Below, piece by piece: positions 48,201 through 57,681 of a stretch of DNA of 64,000 nt. The notes below the pieces were generated by a model that was not told the origin of the DNA, made no database searches, and was given only the letters and a program-made list of their open reading frames with translations. A program made the position numbers and the translations under genes. Source of the DNA: an uncultured Eubacteriales bacterium (GTDB lineage Bacteria; Bacillota; Clostridia; Oscillospirales; CAG-272); assembly GCA_949299535.1 (NCBI GenBank), contig CASGAQ010000001.1, positions 133,471 to 197,470 on the forward strand. Direction: 5' to 3'. The number at the start of each line of letters is the position of its first letter. Within the stretch, counting starts at the first letter, position 1.

Positions 48201-51200
48201 ATGATAAGATTTATATACGGAAGAACAGGAAGCGGAAAAAGCAGTTTCCTTTATCAAAAAGCTGTCGAAACCGCCGGAAAACATATATTTGTACTTGTTC
48301 CGGACAGAGCGGCGGTGCTTTCGGAAACGAGATTTGCCGCCTCTCCCAACGCCGGGGATATAGACGTAGTGACGTTTCGCAGACTATGTAATTTCGTTTT
48401 CCGCAAATACGGCGGAATATGCGAAAATTATATTTCGCGCGGCGCAAAAAAGGTCATGATGTATAATACAGTTCGAGCTCTTTCGGAGCTTCTCGTTTCA
48501 TATAAAAATATCGGAACGGGCGATACCTCCGTTATCGAAAAGCTTGTGAATATGCGTACGGAGCTTTCAAGAAGCGCGGCAACGCCGGAAGCGCTCGAAC
48601 GCGCCGCAAATAAAAATAATGACGAGTCAGGCAAAAAATTTGCCGATACCGCACTTATCTTTTCCGCTTTTGACGCGGAGGTGAACACAAGGTTTGCCGA
48701 CCCCGACGGAATGACGGCAAGAATGAATGCCGTTCTTGCCGAATGTGACTTTTTTTGCGGCTGCGACGTTTACATAGATTCGTTCTCCTCCTTTTCAAAA
48801 GACCAGCTTGAAACGGTAAAACATATAATGCGAAGCGCTGACAATGTGTTTATAACAGTTCCGTTCGTGCCGAATGAGGACAAAAAAACGCCGTGCTTTT
48901 TCGGCGTGGCGGATACGAACAGAAGGCTTCGCAGAACAGCTGAAGAATCAGGCGCGGAGATAGGAGAGGATACGATACTGCTCGACGGCCTACGATTTGA
49001 GAATGAGGAATTGTCGTTCCTTTCGCGCAACCTTTTTCCCGGAGGTAAATATGTAAAAGGCATTTATGAAAAAGCTCCGGAGCATATCCATGTTATATAC
49101 GCGGCAAATGCCTTTGCGGAAAGCGAAGCCGTTTGCCTTGATATAGCCAAGCGCGTGCGCGGCGGAGCAAGATACAGAGATATCGCCGTTATAGTCCGCA
49201 GTACGGATTCTTACGCAGGCGTTATCGACGCCATGATGAAAAAATACGGCATACCGTATTTCATATCCTCGCGCACGGATATAACTGAGCGCGCGTTTAT
49301 AAAATTTATAATTTCCGCGCTTGCCATATGCGAAACGGGATTTTCACGGGAGCTTGTCATATCATATATCAAAACTGATTTTGCGGGACTCTCTCCTGAT
49401 GAGATAAATCTTTTTGAAAATTATGTTCGCAAATGGAGCATAAACGGACCGCGCTTTTACGACGAATACGAATGGAATATGGATCCTGACGGCTTTACAG
49501 GCAAAATGACTGCCGAAAGCGCCGCGGTGCTTTCGCGTCTTGCCGAGATACGCACCAAAGCCGTAGCACCTCTGCGCGCTTTGTGCGAGGATATTTCAGG
49601 CAGACACAGCGTGCGCCGTTTCTGCGAAAAGATATATGATTTTGCGGTTTCGATGGACACACACGAAAAGATATCAGAGGATGCGCGTCGCGCAAATGAG
49701 CGAGGCGACAAAGCGCTCTTTGAGGAGCTTTCACAGCTTTTTTCTGTATTCTGCGATGTGCTTGACGACATCGTGAGCGCGTCCGGAGATACGGTCGTTT
49801 CGACGGCTGAGTTCGTTTCTATGCTTCGTCTTGCGCTTTCGGAAACGGATATCGGCAAGATACCGACATCTCTTGACGAGGTCACGATATATGACGCCTC
49901 CGCCGGCGGATATGCCGCCGTAAAAACGGCATACATTATGGGCGCGTGCGAAGGCATTTTTCCGTCATATGTCGATGACGACGGATTTTTTTCCGACAAA
50001 GAAAAAAAACTGCTCTCCGAGTGCGGCGCTGAGATAACATCAACGGTGGAGCGCAGGATATGCGATGAGCTTTATTTCTTCTATGGCGCCTCCTGCGCGC
50101 CGTCGGAAGAGCTTTGCATAACTTATCCGGTCTACGATAAAACAGGCAGAAAAACTCGGCGCTCTCCCGCACTTCTGAATATAGAGCAGATGTTTCCGCT
50201 TCTTTCGGAGATATGCTTTGAGGACACGCCTATCTATGAGCTTGTGGAGCGAGAGTGCGCTTCTTTCGAATATGTCATGCAGAAATACAGTTCGATCTCA
50301 CGCGCGCTTGCCGAGCACTACTCCGAAAAAGAAGAATACGCGGACAAAATGCGTTATATCGGTGCGCCGCTTTCCTCTCACTACTGCCGAATACCGGCGG
50401 CTGACGCAAAAAAGCTCTTTCCCTCGAATATGCACACAAGCTTTTCCAAGCTTGAAAAATATATAGTCTGCAATTTTTCATATTTTTGCGAGTATGAACT
50501 TAAACTCAAGGACAACTCTCCCGCAAGATTCAGCGCGGTGGACGTGGGAAGTTTTATACATAAAATACTTGAGGTGACCGTAAAATACGCGCTCTCAAAT
50601 CCCGACGCCACGGACGAGCAGACAAGAGAGGAAATAAAGACGGTTTGCCGAGAATACACGGAGTTTCTCTGCCGCGAGAAATATTCTCAGATATCGCCGC
50701 GTCTTATGCGGCTTACAGACTATCTTGCCGCTTCTTCGGAGAAATTCGTTTTCCGCATAAGGGACGAGTTCAAACAAAGCAAGTTCCGTCCCTGCGATTT
50801 TGAGGTGACGATAGGAAACGGACAGACGATAGAGCCCATAAAGCTTCAGAACGAAAGGGGTAAGGTCGAACTGCGCGGCAAGGTCGACAGAGTCGACGCC
50901 TATGAGGACGGCGAAGGCAAAGTCTATATTCGCGTGGCGGATTATAAAACGGGAAGTAAACAATTCTCTCTGGAAAATGTAGAAGCCGGCAGAGATCTGC
51001 AAATGCTTTTGTATCTTTTCTCAATATGCGAAAACGGCAAAAAGAGATACGGAGAAAATATCCTGCCTGCCGGCGTGATATATGTTTCGGTAAGTCCTGC
51101 GGCGGAGAATGTGGATCTCGGCGTCGCTCCTCCTTCGGAAAAAAACAAAAACAGCGGTGTGCTGCTCGACGACGATGATGTCCTGCAAGCCATGGAATCG

Positions 51201-51428
51201 TCGCTGGAGGGAAAATATATTCCCGTGTCGCTTGGAAAGACCGGCAAAAAGAAAGGCGAGCTTATAGCCGCGGAAGCATTTGACGAGCTGAAGAAAACCG
51301 TTGTCGACGCGGTCCTCGGAGCCGCAGACGAACTTCGCTCAGGCAAGGCAGACGCATCTCCATGCGAGGAGAACGCCTGCGAATACTGCAAGATGCATGC
51401 GGTGTGCAGAGTAAAAAAGAACAAATAA
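48201..51428 (+). CDS. addB: Helicase-nuclease AddB/RexB-type subunit (PD-(D/E)xK nuclease with C-terminal Cys cluster)
   Basis: Start MIRFIYGRTGSGKSS after AGGAG. About 1075 aa. C-terminal RVDAY...YIRVADYKTG and CE..ACEYCKMHAVC. Confidence 0.8.
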   Translation: MIRFIYGRTGSGKSSFLYQKAVETAGKHIFVLVPDRAAVLSETRFAASPNAGDIDVVTFRRLCNFVFRKYGGICENYISRGAKKVMMYNTVRALSELLVSYKNIGTGDTSVIEKLVNMRTELSRSAATPEALERAANKNNDESGKKFADTALIFSAFDAEVNTRFADPDGMTARMNAVLAECDFFCGCDVYIDSFSSFSKDQLETVKHIMRSADNVFITVPFVPNEDKKTPCFFGVADTNRRLRRTAEESGAEIGEDTILLDGLRFENEELSFLSRNLFPGGKYVKGIYEKAPEHIHVIYAANAFAESEAVCLDIAKRVRGGARYRDIAVIVRSTDSYAGVIDAMMKKYGIPYFISSRTDITERAFIKFIISALAICETGFSRELVISYIKTDFAGLSPDEINLFENYVRKWSINGPRFYDEYEWNMDPDGFTGKMTAESAAVLSRLAEIRTKAVAPLRALCEDISGRHSVRRFCEKIYDFAVSMDTHEKISEDARRANERGDKALFEELSQLFSVFCDVLDDIVSASGDTVVSTAEFVSMLRLALSETDIGKIPTSLDEVTIYDASAGGYAAVKTAYIMGACEGIFPSYVDDDGFFSDKEKKLLSECGAEITSTVERRICDELYFFYGASCAPSEELCITYPVYDKTGRKTRRSPALLNIEQMFPLLSEICFEDTPIYELVERECASFEYVMQKYSSISRALAEHYSEKEEYADKMRYIGAPLSSHYCRIPAADAKKLFPSNMHTSFSKLEKYIVCNFSYFCEYELKLKDNSPARFSAVDVGSFIHKILEVTVKYALSNPDATDEQTREEIKTVCREYTEFLCREKYSQISPRLMRLTDYLAASSEKFVFRIRDEFKQSKFRPCDFEVTIGNGQTIEPIKLQNERGKVELRGKVDRVDAYEDGEGKVYIRVADYKTGSKQFSLENVEAGRDLQMLLYLFSICENGKKRYGENILPAGVIYVSVSPAAENVDLGVAPPSEKNKNSGVLLDDDDVLQAMESSLEGKYIPVSLGKTGKKKGELIAAEAFDELKKTVVDAVLGAADELRSGKADASPCEENACEYCKMHAVCRVKKNK

Positions 51429-51463
51429 AAAAGCCAAACATTACCTGAAAGGAATGAAATAAA

Positions 51464-53305
51464 TTGAAAATACCCGAAAGCATACTCAAAAAAGTGGAAA
51501 AGCCGGGGCGATATACCGGCGGAGAATGGGGAGAAGTCATAAAAGACCCCGAAAGCGTAGATATTCGGTTTGCATTCTGCTTCCCCGATATTTACGAGAT
51601 AGGTATGTCCAATCTCGGTATACGCATACTCTATAATATTCTCAACGAGCGTGAAGATACATGGTGCGAACGAGTGTACGCTCCTTGGGCGGACATGGAA
51701 GAGCAGATGAGAACACATGGGCTTCCTCTATGTACGATAGAGAGCGGCACGCCGCTTTCCGAATGTGATTTCGTAGGCTTTTCGCTTCAGTACGAGCTTT
51801 GTTATACAAATATGCTCAATATGCTCGATCTTGCCGGGATAGCGCTTGAAAGCTCCGAAAGAGCAAATGACGCGCCCATTGTCGTTTGCGGCGGGCCCTG
51901 CACATATAACAGCGAGCCGATAGCTGATTTTGCCGATATATGCCTTATCGGAGAGGGCGAGGACGAGCTTCCCGAGCTTATGGAAATATATAAAAAACAT
52001 AAAAAAGCCGGTTTTGACCGCGCCGCTTTTCTGCGCGAGGTATCTCATTGCGAAAGTATGTATGTTCCGTCGCTTTATGATGTGGAATATAACGACGACG
52101 GCACCATAAAGAGTTTTACTCCGAAATATGAGGACGTGCCGGCAAAGGTCCGCAAGAGGATCGTTAAAGATATGGACAGCGCTCCGTTCCCGAAAAATCT
52201 TGTAATGCCGTTCATTCAGACGGTACAGGACAGAATAGTTCTTGAAGTTTACCGAGGCTGCATACGCGGCTGCCGTTTCTGCCAGGCGGGCATGGTCTAT
52301 CGTCCCGTGCGCGAAAAATCTCCCGAGGTGTTGGACGCTCAGGCAAAATTGCTTGCAGATGCTACCGGTTACTCCGAAATATCACTTTCTTCGCTTTCGA
52401 TAAGCGACTATTCCTGCATAGAAAAGCTGACTGATATGCTCCTTTCATGGACTGATGACAGGAAAATATCTTTGAATCTTCCGTCTTTGCGCGTAGACAG
52501 CTTCACAAAAGAGCTTATGGAAAAGATATCGACCGTCAGAACGGGCGGTATCACGTTCGCTCCCGAAGCGGGTACGCAAAGACTGCGCGACGTTATCAAC
52601 AAGAATGTGGAAAAATCAGACCTTCTGCGCGCCTGCCGCGTCGCTTTTGAGGGCGGAAAATCACAGGTGAAGCTCTATTTCATGCAAGGTCTGCCGACGG
52701 AGACGGACGAAGACCTTGACGGCATAAACGAACTTGCTCAAAGCGTCATAGATGAATATTACGCTACACCGTCGCGCCCCGGAAAATCACCTCAGGTGAC
52801 TATATCCGCCGCTTGCTTCATACCTAAGCCGTTCACGCCTTTTCAGTGGGAGGCTCAGTGCGGACTTGAGGAATTGGAGCGCAAACAGAAATATCTCACC
52901 GGAAAAATAACGAACAGAAAGATAAAATACAACTATCATGATGCAAAAGTCAGCCGTATAGAAGCGATTTTTGCGCGCGGCGACAGAAAACTCTGCAAAG
53001 TGCTGGCGCAAGCCGTAAAACGAGGAATAAAACTCGACGGTTGGGAAGAATTTTTCGATTACGACAAATGGATGGAAGTCTTCCGCGACTGCGGCATAGA
53101 TCCTGATTTTTATGCCAACCGCGAGTTCGGAGAGGACGAGATACTGCCGTGGGATAATATCGATATCGGCGTTACAAAAGCCTTCCTTCTTCGTGAAAGA
53201 CACAAAGCATATGAGGAAAAAACAACGCCGAACTGCCGTCTTCAGTGCAGCGGCTGCGGTGCAAATAAACTCGGAGGTGAAAGATCATGCTGCCCGAAAA
53301 TATGA
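51464..53305 (+). CDS. B12-binding-domain radical SAM protein (TIGR03960-like, function unknown)
   Basis: 613 aa with KPGRYTGGEWG at the N-terminus and radical SAM motif CIRGCRFCQAG. TTG start. Confidence 0.85.
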   Translation: MKIPESILKKVEKPGRYTGGEWGEVIKDPESVDIRFAFCFPDIYEIGMSNLGIRILYNILNEREDTWCERVYAPWADMEEQMRTHGLPLCTIESGTPLSECDFVGFSLQYELCYTNMLNMLDLAGIALESSERANDAPIVVCGGPCTYNSEPIADFADICLIGEGEDELPELMEIYKKHKKAGFDRAAFLREVSHCESMYVPSLYDVEYNDDGTIKSFTPKYEDVPAKVRKRIVKDMDSAPFPKNLVMPFIQTVQDRIVLEVYRGCIRGCRFCQAGMVYRPVREKSPEVLDAQAKLLADATGYSEISLSSLSISDYSCIEKLTDMLLSWTDDRKISLNLPSLRVDSFTKELMEKISTVRTGGITFAPEAGTQRLRDVINKNVEKSDLLRACRVAFEGGKSQVKLYFMQGLPTETDEDLDGINELAQSVIDEYYATPSRPGKSPQVTISAACFIPKPFTPFQWEAQCGLEELERKQKYLTGKITNRKIKYNYHDAKVSRIEAIFARGDRKLCKVLAQAVKRGIKLDGWEEFFDYDKWMEVFRDCGIDPDFYANREFGEDEILPWDNIDIGVTKAFLLRERHKAYEEKTTPNCRLQCSGCGANKLGGERSCCPKI

Positions 53306-53994
53306 ACAAAGGTCCAAAAACCGATATAAAGGTGCGCGTCAAATTCTCAAAGACGGGCAGCTTAAAGTTTATTTCCCATCTTGACCTGAACAGAACGATG
53401 CAGTCTGTTTTCCTGAGAAGCAAGCTTCCCGTATGGTATACGGAGGGATTTAATCCTCATCCCAGAGCTGCGTTTTCTCCCCCTCTTTCCGTCGGCGTTT
53501 CCAGCCTTACGGAGTTTATGGATTTTAAGATGTTAAATCGCGTGAGCGACGAAGAAATATTGGAAAAACTCAACGCGGCTTTTCCGAAAGGACTTCATGC
53601 CATCGCCTGCTATACGCCCGAATCTCATTTCCGCGACATCAAATGGAGCCTTTACGAAATCAAATTTACTATTACAGGCAGTGTGCCTGACGATATTTGC
53701 CGAAAGGCGGAACAGGCTCTTTCCGCAAATGAGATAATCGTTGAAAAATTCAGCAAAAAGGGCGAGAAAAAGACGACAAATATCTCCGAGGGAATGCGTT
53801 TCTGCTCCGCAGAGATGGACGGAGACACTCTCTGCGTGCGTGTAAAACTCTCTTGCGGAGAAGATAATTTTGTAAATCCTAAATACGTTTCACAAACGCT
53901 TGCGGCGGCTGTGCCGGAGGTTTTCGAAGGCGCGGAGGAAGAGGTATGCCGCATGGAGGTATATTTTGAAGACGGTGAAACTCTTTTTAAATAA
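53287..53994 (+). CDS. Radical SAM-linked protein (DUF2344 / TIGR03936-like)
   Basis: VRVKFSKTGSLKFISHLDLNRTMQSVFLRSKLPVWYTEGFNPHPR. Overlaps the radical SAM gene by 19 nt. Confidence 0.8.
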   Translation: MLPENMNKGPKTDIKVRVKFSKTGSLKFISHLDLNRTMQSVFLRSKLPVWYTEGFNPHPRAAFSPPLSVGVSSLTEFMDFKMLNRVSDEEILEKLNAAFPKGLHAIACYTPESHFRDIKWSLYEIKFTITGSVPDDICRKAEQALSANEIIVEKFSKKGEKKTTNISEGMRFCSAEMDGDTLCVRVKLSCGEDNFVNPKYVSQTLAAAVPEVFEGAEEEVCRMEVYFEDGETLFK

Positions 53995-54078
53995 GATGTA
54001 AACAAAGTATTTTTCTATTGCTTTTTCTTCTGTTTGTGATATTATAGTAATATGATAAAACGGAAGGCGGAAACGATC

Positions 54079-54375
54079 ATGGCAAAACGAATAAAAGACG
54101 AAAATACGGATTTTCTTTTTGAAGCTATCCTCTCGCTCAAGAGCGTTGAGGAATGTTACGATTTTTTTGAAGATCTTTGCACAAAGGTGGAGCTTCGTGA
54201 AATGACGCGCCGTTTTCAGGCGGCGAAGCTCATACGCGACGGCGAAAAATATACGACAATAGTTGAAAAAACGGGTTTGAGCACGGCGACCATAACCAGA
54301 GTCAACAGCGCTCTGCGCGACGGCTACGATGGATATGCCCGTGCGCTCGACGCTTTGGGGGTGCCTAAAAAATGA
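54079..54375 (+). CDS. yerC: YerC/YecD family TrpR-related protein
   Basis: LFEAILSLKSVEECYDFFEDLCT..E...M..R...AK, and ATITRV. Second ATG chosen by length comparison with B. subtilis YerC from memory. Confidence 0.8.
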   Translation: MAKRIKDENTDFLFEAILSLKSVEECYDFFEDLCTKVELREMTRRFQAAKLIRDGEKYTTIVEKTGLSTATITRVNSALRDGYDGYARALDALGVPKK

Positions 54376-55121
54376 ATACGCAGTATTCATCTCTGTCCCT
54401 GTTCTACGACGCTTTTATGCAAGATGTCGATTATGAGGCATGGCGCGGTTTTTACGAGGAATGTTTTCGGCGTTATTCGCCTTTTCCCGTTGAAAAAATA
54501 GTGGATATAGGGTGCGGGACAGGTAATATCACTTTGCCGATGGCTATGCGAGGATATGATGTTACAGGTCTTGACATGAGCGAGGAGATGCTTGCGGTCG
54601 CGGCGAAAAAAGCTGAGGACGCTGATGTTAAGATCCGCTTTCTCGGCGCTGATATGCGCTCGTTTGATTTGGGATTCAAAGCGGACGCGGCGATATGCTC
54701 TTTTGATTGTATAAATTATCTTCTCAAAACTGAAGACGTCGAAGCGGCTTTTTATCGTATACATGAAAATATTGAAAAAGGCGGGATATTCGTCTTTGAT
54801 ATCTCCACGCCGTATAAATACAAAAATGTTCTTGCCGACAACGCTTTTGTATTTGAAAATGACGATGTTTTAATGACATGGGAGAATTATTTTAATGAAA
54901 AGACGAGCATATGCGAATTTTACCTTACGTTTTTTATCAAAAACGGAAAGCTATACCGCCGCGAAGACGAGTATCAAAGGCAGAGATGTTATGCTTTGCG
55001 AACTATACGCAAAGCCGTGCGCGGAGCAGGCTTTGAAATCTTGTGCGAAAGCGGAGATATCGATTTTTCCCCGCTGTCGGAGAGCGGCGAAAGATGTTTT
55101 TTTATATGCAAGGCAATATAA
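54372..55121 (+). CDS. Class I SAM-dependent methyltransferase
   Basis: VDIGCGTGNITLPMA motif I, then DVTGLDMSEEML. Confidence 0.85.
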   Translation: MNTQYSSLSLFYDAFMQDVDYEAWRGFYEECFRRYSPFPVEKIVDIGCGTGNITLPMAMRGYDVTGLDMSEEMLAVAAKKAEDADVKIRFLGADMRSFDLGFKADAAICSFDCINYLLKTEDVEAAFYRIHENIEKGGIFVFDISTPYKYKNVLADNAFVFENDDVLMTWENYFNEKTSICEFYLTFFIKNGKLYRREDEYQRQRCYALRTIRKAVRGAGFEILCESGDIDFSPLSESGERCFFICKAI

Positions 55122-55166
55122 AAAGCAATATAAAAAACGCGGTTATGTTACCGCGTTTTTTTGCGC

Positions 55167-55697
55167 TTACGAGATATAATTCGGGTGATTGTAGTATGCG
55201 TTGAAGCTCTTGGCTGCCGAGTCCCATGTGCGTTTGTCCAGCACGCCTGTCTGCGGCAGTCTGTGATAGCCTTGAAACCGCTTTACGGCGCTTATCGTTT
55301 GCTCGTCGTTTACGCCAGTTATCTTTATGTCTTCGAAATCGTCGTATATAATTGACAGCGCGGAAAGGATTATCTGCATGAGCATTATGATATCGCTTTT
55401 CTCGCCAATCACGGAATTGTAAGACGGATCTGTAAAAGGATATATAGGCTCGCCTATAGAGGAAGCGTAAACGCTTTTCTTATACTTTTGGAATATCTTA
55501 TCCCACGTTTCTTTGTTCACATTGCCCGTCGGATCCAGCGAGTTTTGACGCTGAAATTCGCGCACTGCTTCTCTCGTAGCGTCGTCGTATATGCCGTCAG
55601 CCGTGACGAGCGGTATTTCTCCCGTTATCTGAGATATTTTTCGAAGCATATACTGGAGTTCGTATATTTCTTTTCTGGGTTCTGCATTTTCTGCCAT
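55167..55697 (-). CDS. Peptidoglycan-binding (PG_binding_1 repeat) protein
   Basis: Two repeats ending ...FQRQNSLDPTGNVNKETW and ...FQGYHRLPQTGVLDKRTW. The track ORF was trimmed to MAENAEP after GGAGGAG. Confidence 0.7.
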   Translation of the reverse strand: MAENAEPRKEIYELQYMLRKISQITGEIPLVTADGIYDDATREAVREFQRQNSLDPTGNVNKETWDKIFQKYKKSVYASSIGEPIYPFTDPSYNSVIGEKSDIIMLMQIILSALSIIYDDFEDIKITGVNDEQTISAVKRFQGYHRLPQTGVLDKRTWDSAAKSFNAYYNHPNYIS

Positions 55698-55711
55698 ATG
55701 TTCTCCTCCGT

Positions 55712-57100
55712 TTATGTGGCTATATCGCCGGGATATTGAAAATCTTCTCTTATTTTGCCGTTTTCGATCTCGTTGTATTTCTCTGCGAGAAGGTCCCATG
55801 TTATCGGACCTACTATGCCGCTCGGCGGCATTCCCACTATCTCCTGAAATACGCGGACGGCGTTTTCCGTCGCTTCGTCGAAATTTCCGTTTACGGATAC
55901 GACGGGGATCTCCGTATAGACTTGCGAAACTATGTCCAAATATCTTTGCAGAAGCTCAACATCTCTGCCGGAAGAGCCGAGATTGAGAAGCGTGCCGGGA
56001 AACCTTTCCGCCGAAGTGCCTTCGTCGCTCGTGCTTTCTATCATGCCGAGATAAACGCTTGTCATTTTGTTCCATGTCGGTTCGTCTACTTCGCCTGTCT
56101 GCGGCAGCCCGTATTCGCGCTGAAATGCCTTGACGGCATTTTGCGTTTGCTCTCCGAAAACACCGTCAAGCGGAATGGTCGGTATTTTGGGATTGAAATC
56201 CGCTATTATATTCAGATAATACTGCACTACGCTCACATTGATCCCTGTGCTTCCGAACGAGAGCTTTTCGGAAAACTGCTTGGAAACATCGGAAAGCGAA
56301 AGCCCTTCACTTTCAAGTTCGTTCAGCCTTTTTACGGCGTTATATATTTTTTGTATTTCGTACCATGTCGCTTTGCCGACTACGCCGTCGGGGGTAAGAC
56401 CGAAAATTTCCTGAAAGGCTTTTACGGCGTCCTCTGTTTCCGTTGAAAAAATACCGTTTGGATTTGATATTTTCGGTATGGCGGGGTAATTTGCGGAAAT
56501 ACGGTTCAGCCTTGTCTGGATAGTACGCACGTCGTTGCCGGCGGAGCTGAGCCTGAGCGGTACCTTCGGATAAGTTTCCGTGACGTTCTCTATCGGTGCG
56601 TTGAACACAAGGTTTATATCATCGCCGTAATAATATCGCAGTATATCGTATGGAATATAGCCCTGTTCCGCAAGGTCAACGGTGCCCCACTGGGAAAGCC
56701 CTTCGCACGTCACTGTCGTTCCGTTGCAGTAAACAGCATAAAGCGGCTCCACAAAGCCCTGTCTTGCGATATAGTCATTGAATATATCATCAACTATTTG
56801 GCTTATATTTTCGAAAATGTCCCTGCCGTAGACGAAAGATTGGTCTGTCGCGGTAGAGTTTGTGATGTCGAAGTCATATCCGCGCGAACGGTAGTATTCC
56901 GTATATATTTTATTGAGGGCAAACGATATCTCGGCATAGATATTCGCGCGGAGCGCGCTTTCGGGCCATGTCGGATATATTTCGCTTGAAGCGACGTTTT
57001 TTATGTAATCGATAAAGCTGACGGTTACATTCTCGGCGTCGGAGTCCGGAGGACCGAGGTGAACGGTGATATATTCCGGTATTACGGGAAGTGTAGGCAT
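55712..57100 (-). CDS. SpoIID-like N-terminal domain protein with three PG_binding_1 repeats
   Basis: The N-terminal ~170 aa follow a SpoIID-like pattern (YIKNVASSEIYPTWPESALRANIYAEISFAL ... DQSF). Three repeats of the type FQE.FGL.PDG.VG..TW follow. Confidence 0.65.
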   Translation of the reverse strand: MPTLPVIPEYITVHLGPPDSDAENVTVSFIDYIKNVASSEIYPTWPESALRANIYAEISFALNKIYTEYYRSRGYDFDITNSTATDQSFVYGRDIFENISQIVDDIFNDYIARQGFVEPLYAVYCNGTTVTCEGLSQWGTVDLAEQGYIPYDILRYYYGDDINLVFNAPIENVTETYPKVPLRLSSAGNDVRTIQTRLNRISANYPAIPKISNPNGIFSTETEDAVKAFQEIFGLTPDGVVGKATWYEIQKIYNAVKRLNELESEGLSLSDVSKQFSEKLSFGSTGINVSVVQYYLNIIADFNPKIPTIPLDGVFGEQTQNAVKAFQREYGLPQTGEVDEPTWNKMTSVYLGMIESTSDEGTSAERFPGTLLNLGSSGRDVELLQRYLDIVSQVYTEIPVVSVNGNFDEATENAVRVFQEIVGMPPSGIVGPITWDLLAEKYNEIENGKIREDFQYPGDIAT

Positions 57101-57114
57101 TTTCTACCTCCGCG

Positions 57115-57540
57115 TCAAAGATTCGGCGTATTGCCGCTGCTGTTTATTATGATGTTGTTGTCGGAGTATTGTTCCGTACCGTCGGTATCCGGCAGGGGAA
57201 GCATATTTACGGGAAGTATCGAGGTCGTGTCCGGGTATATTTGTATGTCGCGCGTTATGACGGTGTAAAAATTCGGGTGTGATATCTCCGCGTCATAAAG
57301 CGCATATGGAAGTCCGTCCGCATTTGGTGAGAGCGAAAAAGATTTAGGCGGAGTTTCAAGCGTGATGAGCGGAGTTTTTCCGCTTTCGTCTGTTTCAAGA
57401 ACGGCTGCCGTTGCCGGAGCACCGTTCTCTTTTTTTGCACGGACGATGACGAGCGCATTTTTTACGGGGTAAGCGGAGTTCGAGGTAAAAGCGCGCACGC
57501 CGAATCTGCCGTACGATTTTTCGGGATTTGTCGTATCCAT
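57115..57540 (-). CDS. Hypothetical protein (possible carboxypeptidase-regulatory-like beta-sandwich)
   Basis: 141 aa with a good SD. First gene of the three-gene minus-strand unit. The domain call is by pattern only. Confidence 0.45.
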   Translation of the reverse strand: MDTTNPEKSYGRFGVRAFTSNSAYPVKNALVIVRAKKENGAPATAAVLETDESGKTPLITLETPPKSFSLSPNADGLPYALYDAEISHPNFYTVITRDIQIYPDTTSILPVNMLPLPDTDGTEQYSDNNIIINSSGNTPNL

Positions 57541-57681
57541 ATTAAATTACACCTCCAAAGTTAAAACTAATATATTATATGAAAAGCTCTGTTTTGGGTG
57601 ATTTTTTGCGTCGTGTAATATTTACTTTTCAGCTTCAAAGTAGTATGATAAGTGATATAAAGTATAAAGGAGGAGATTTTT

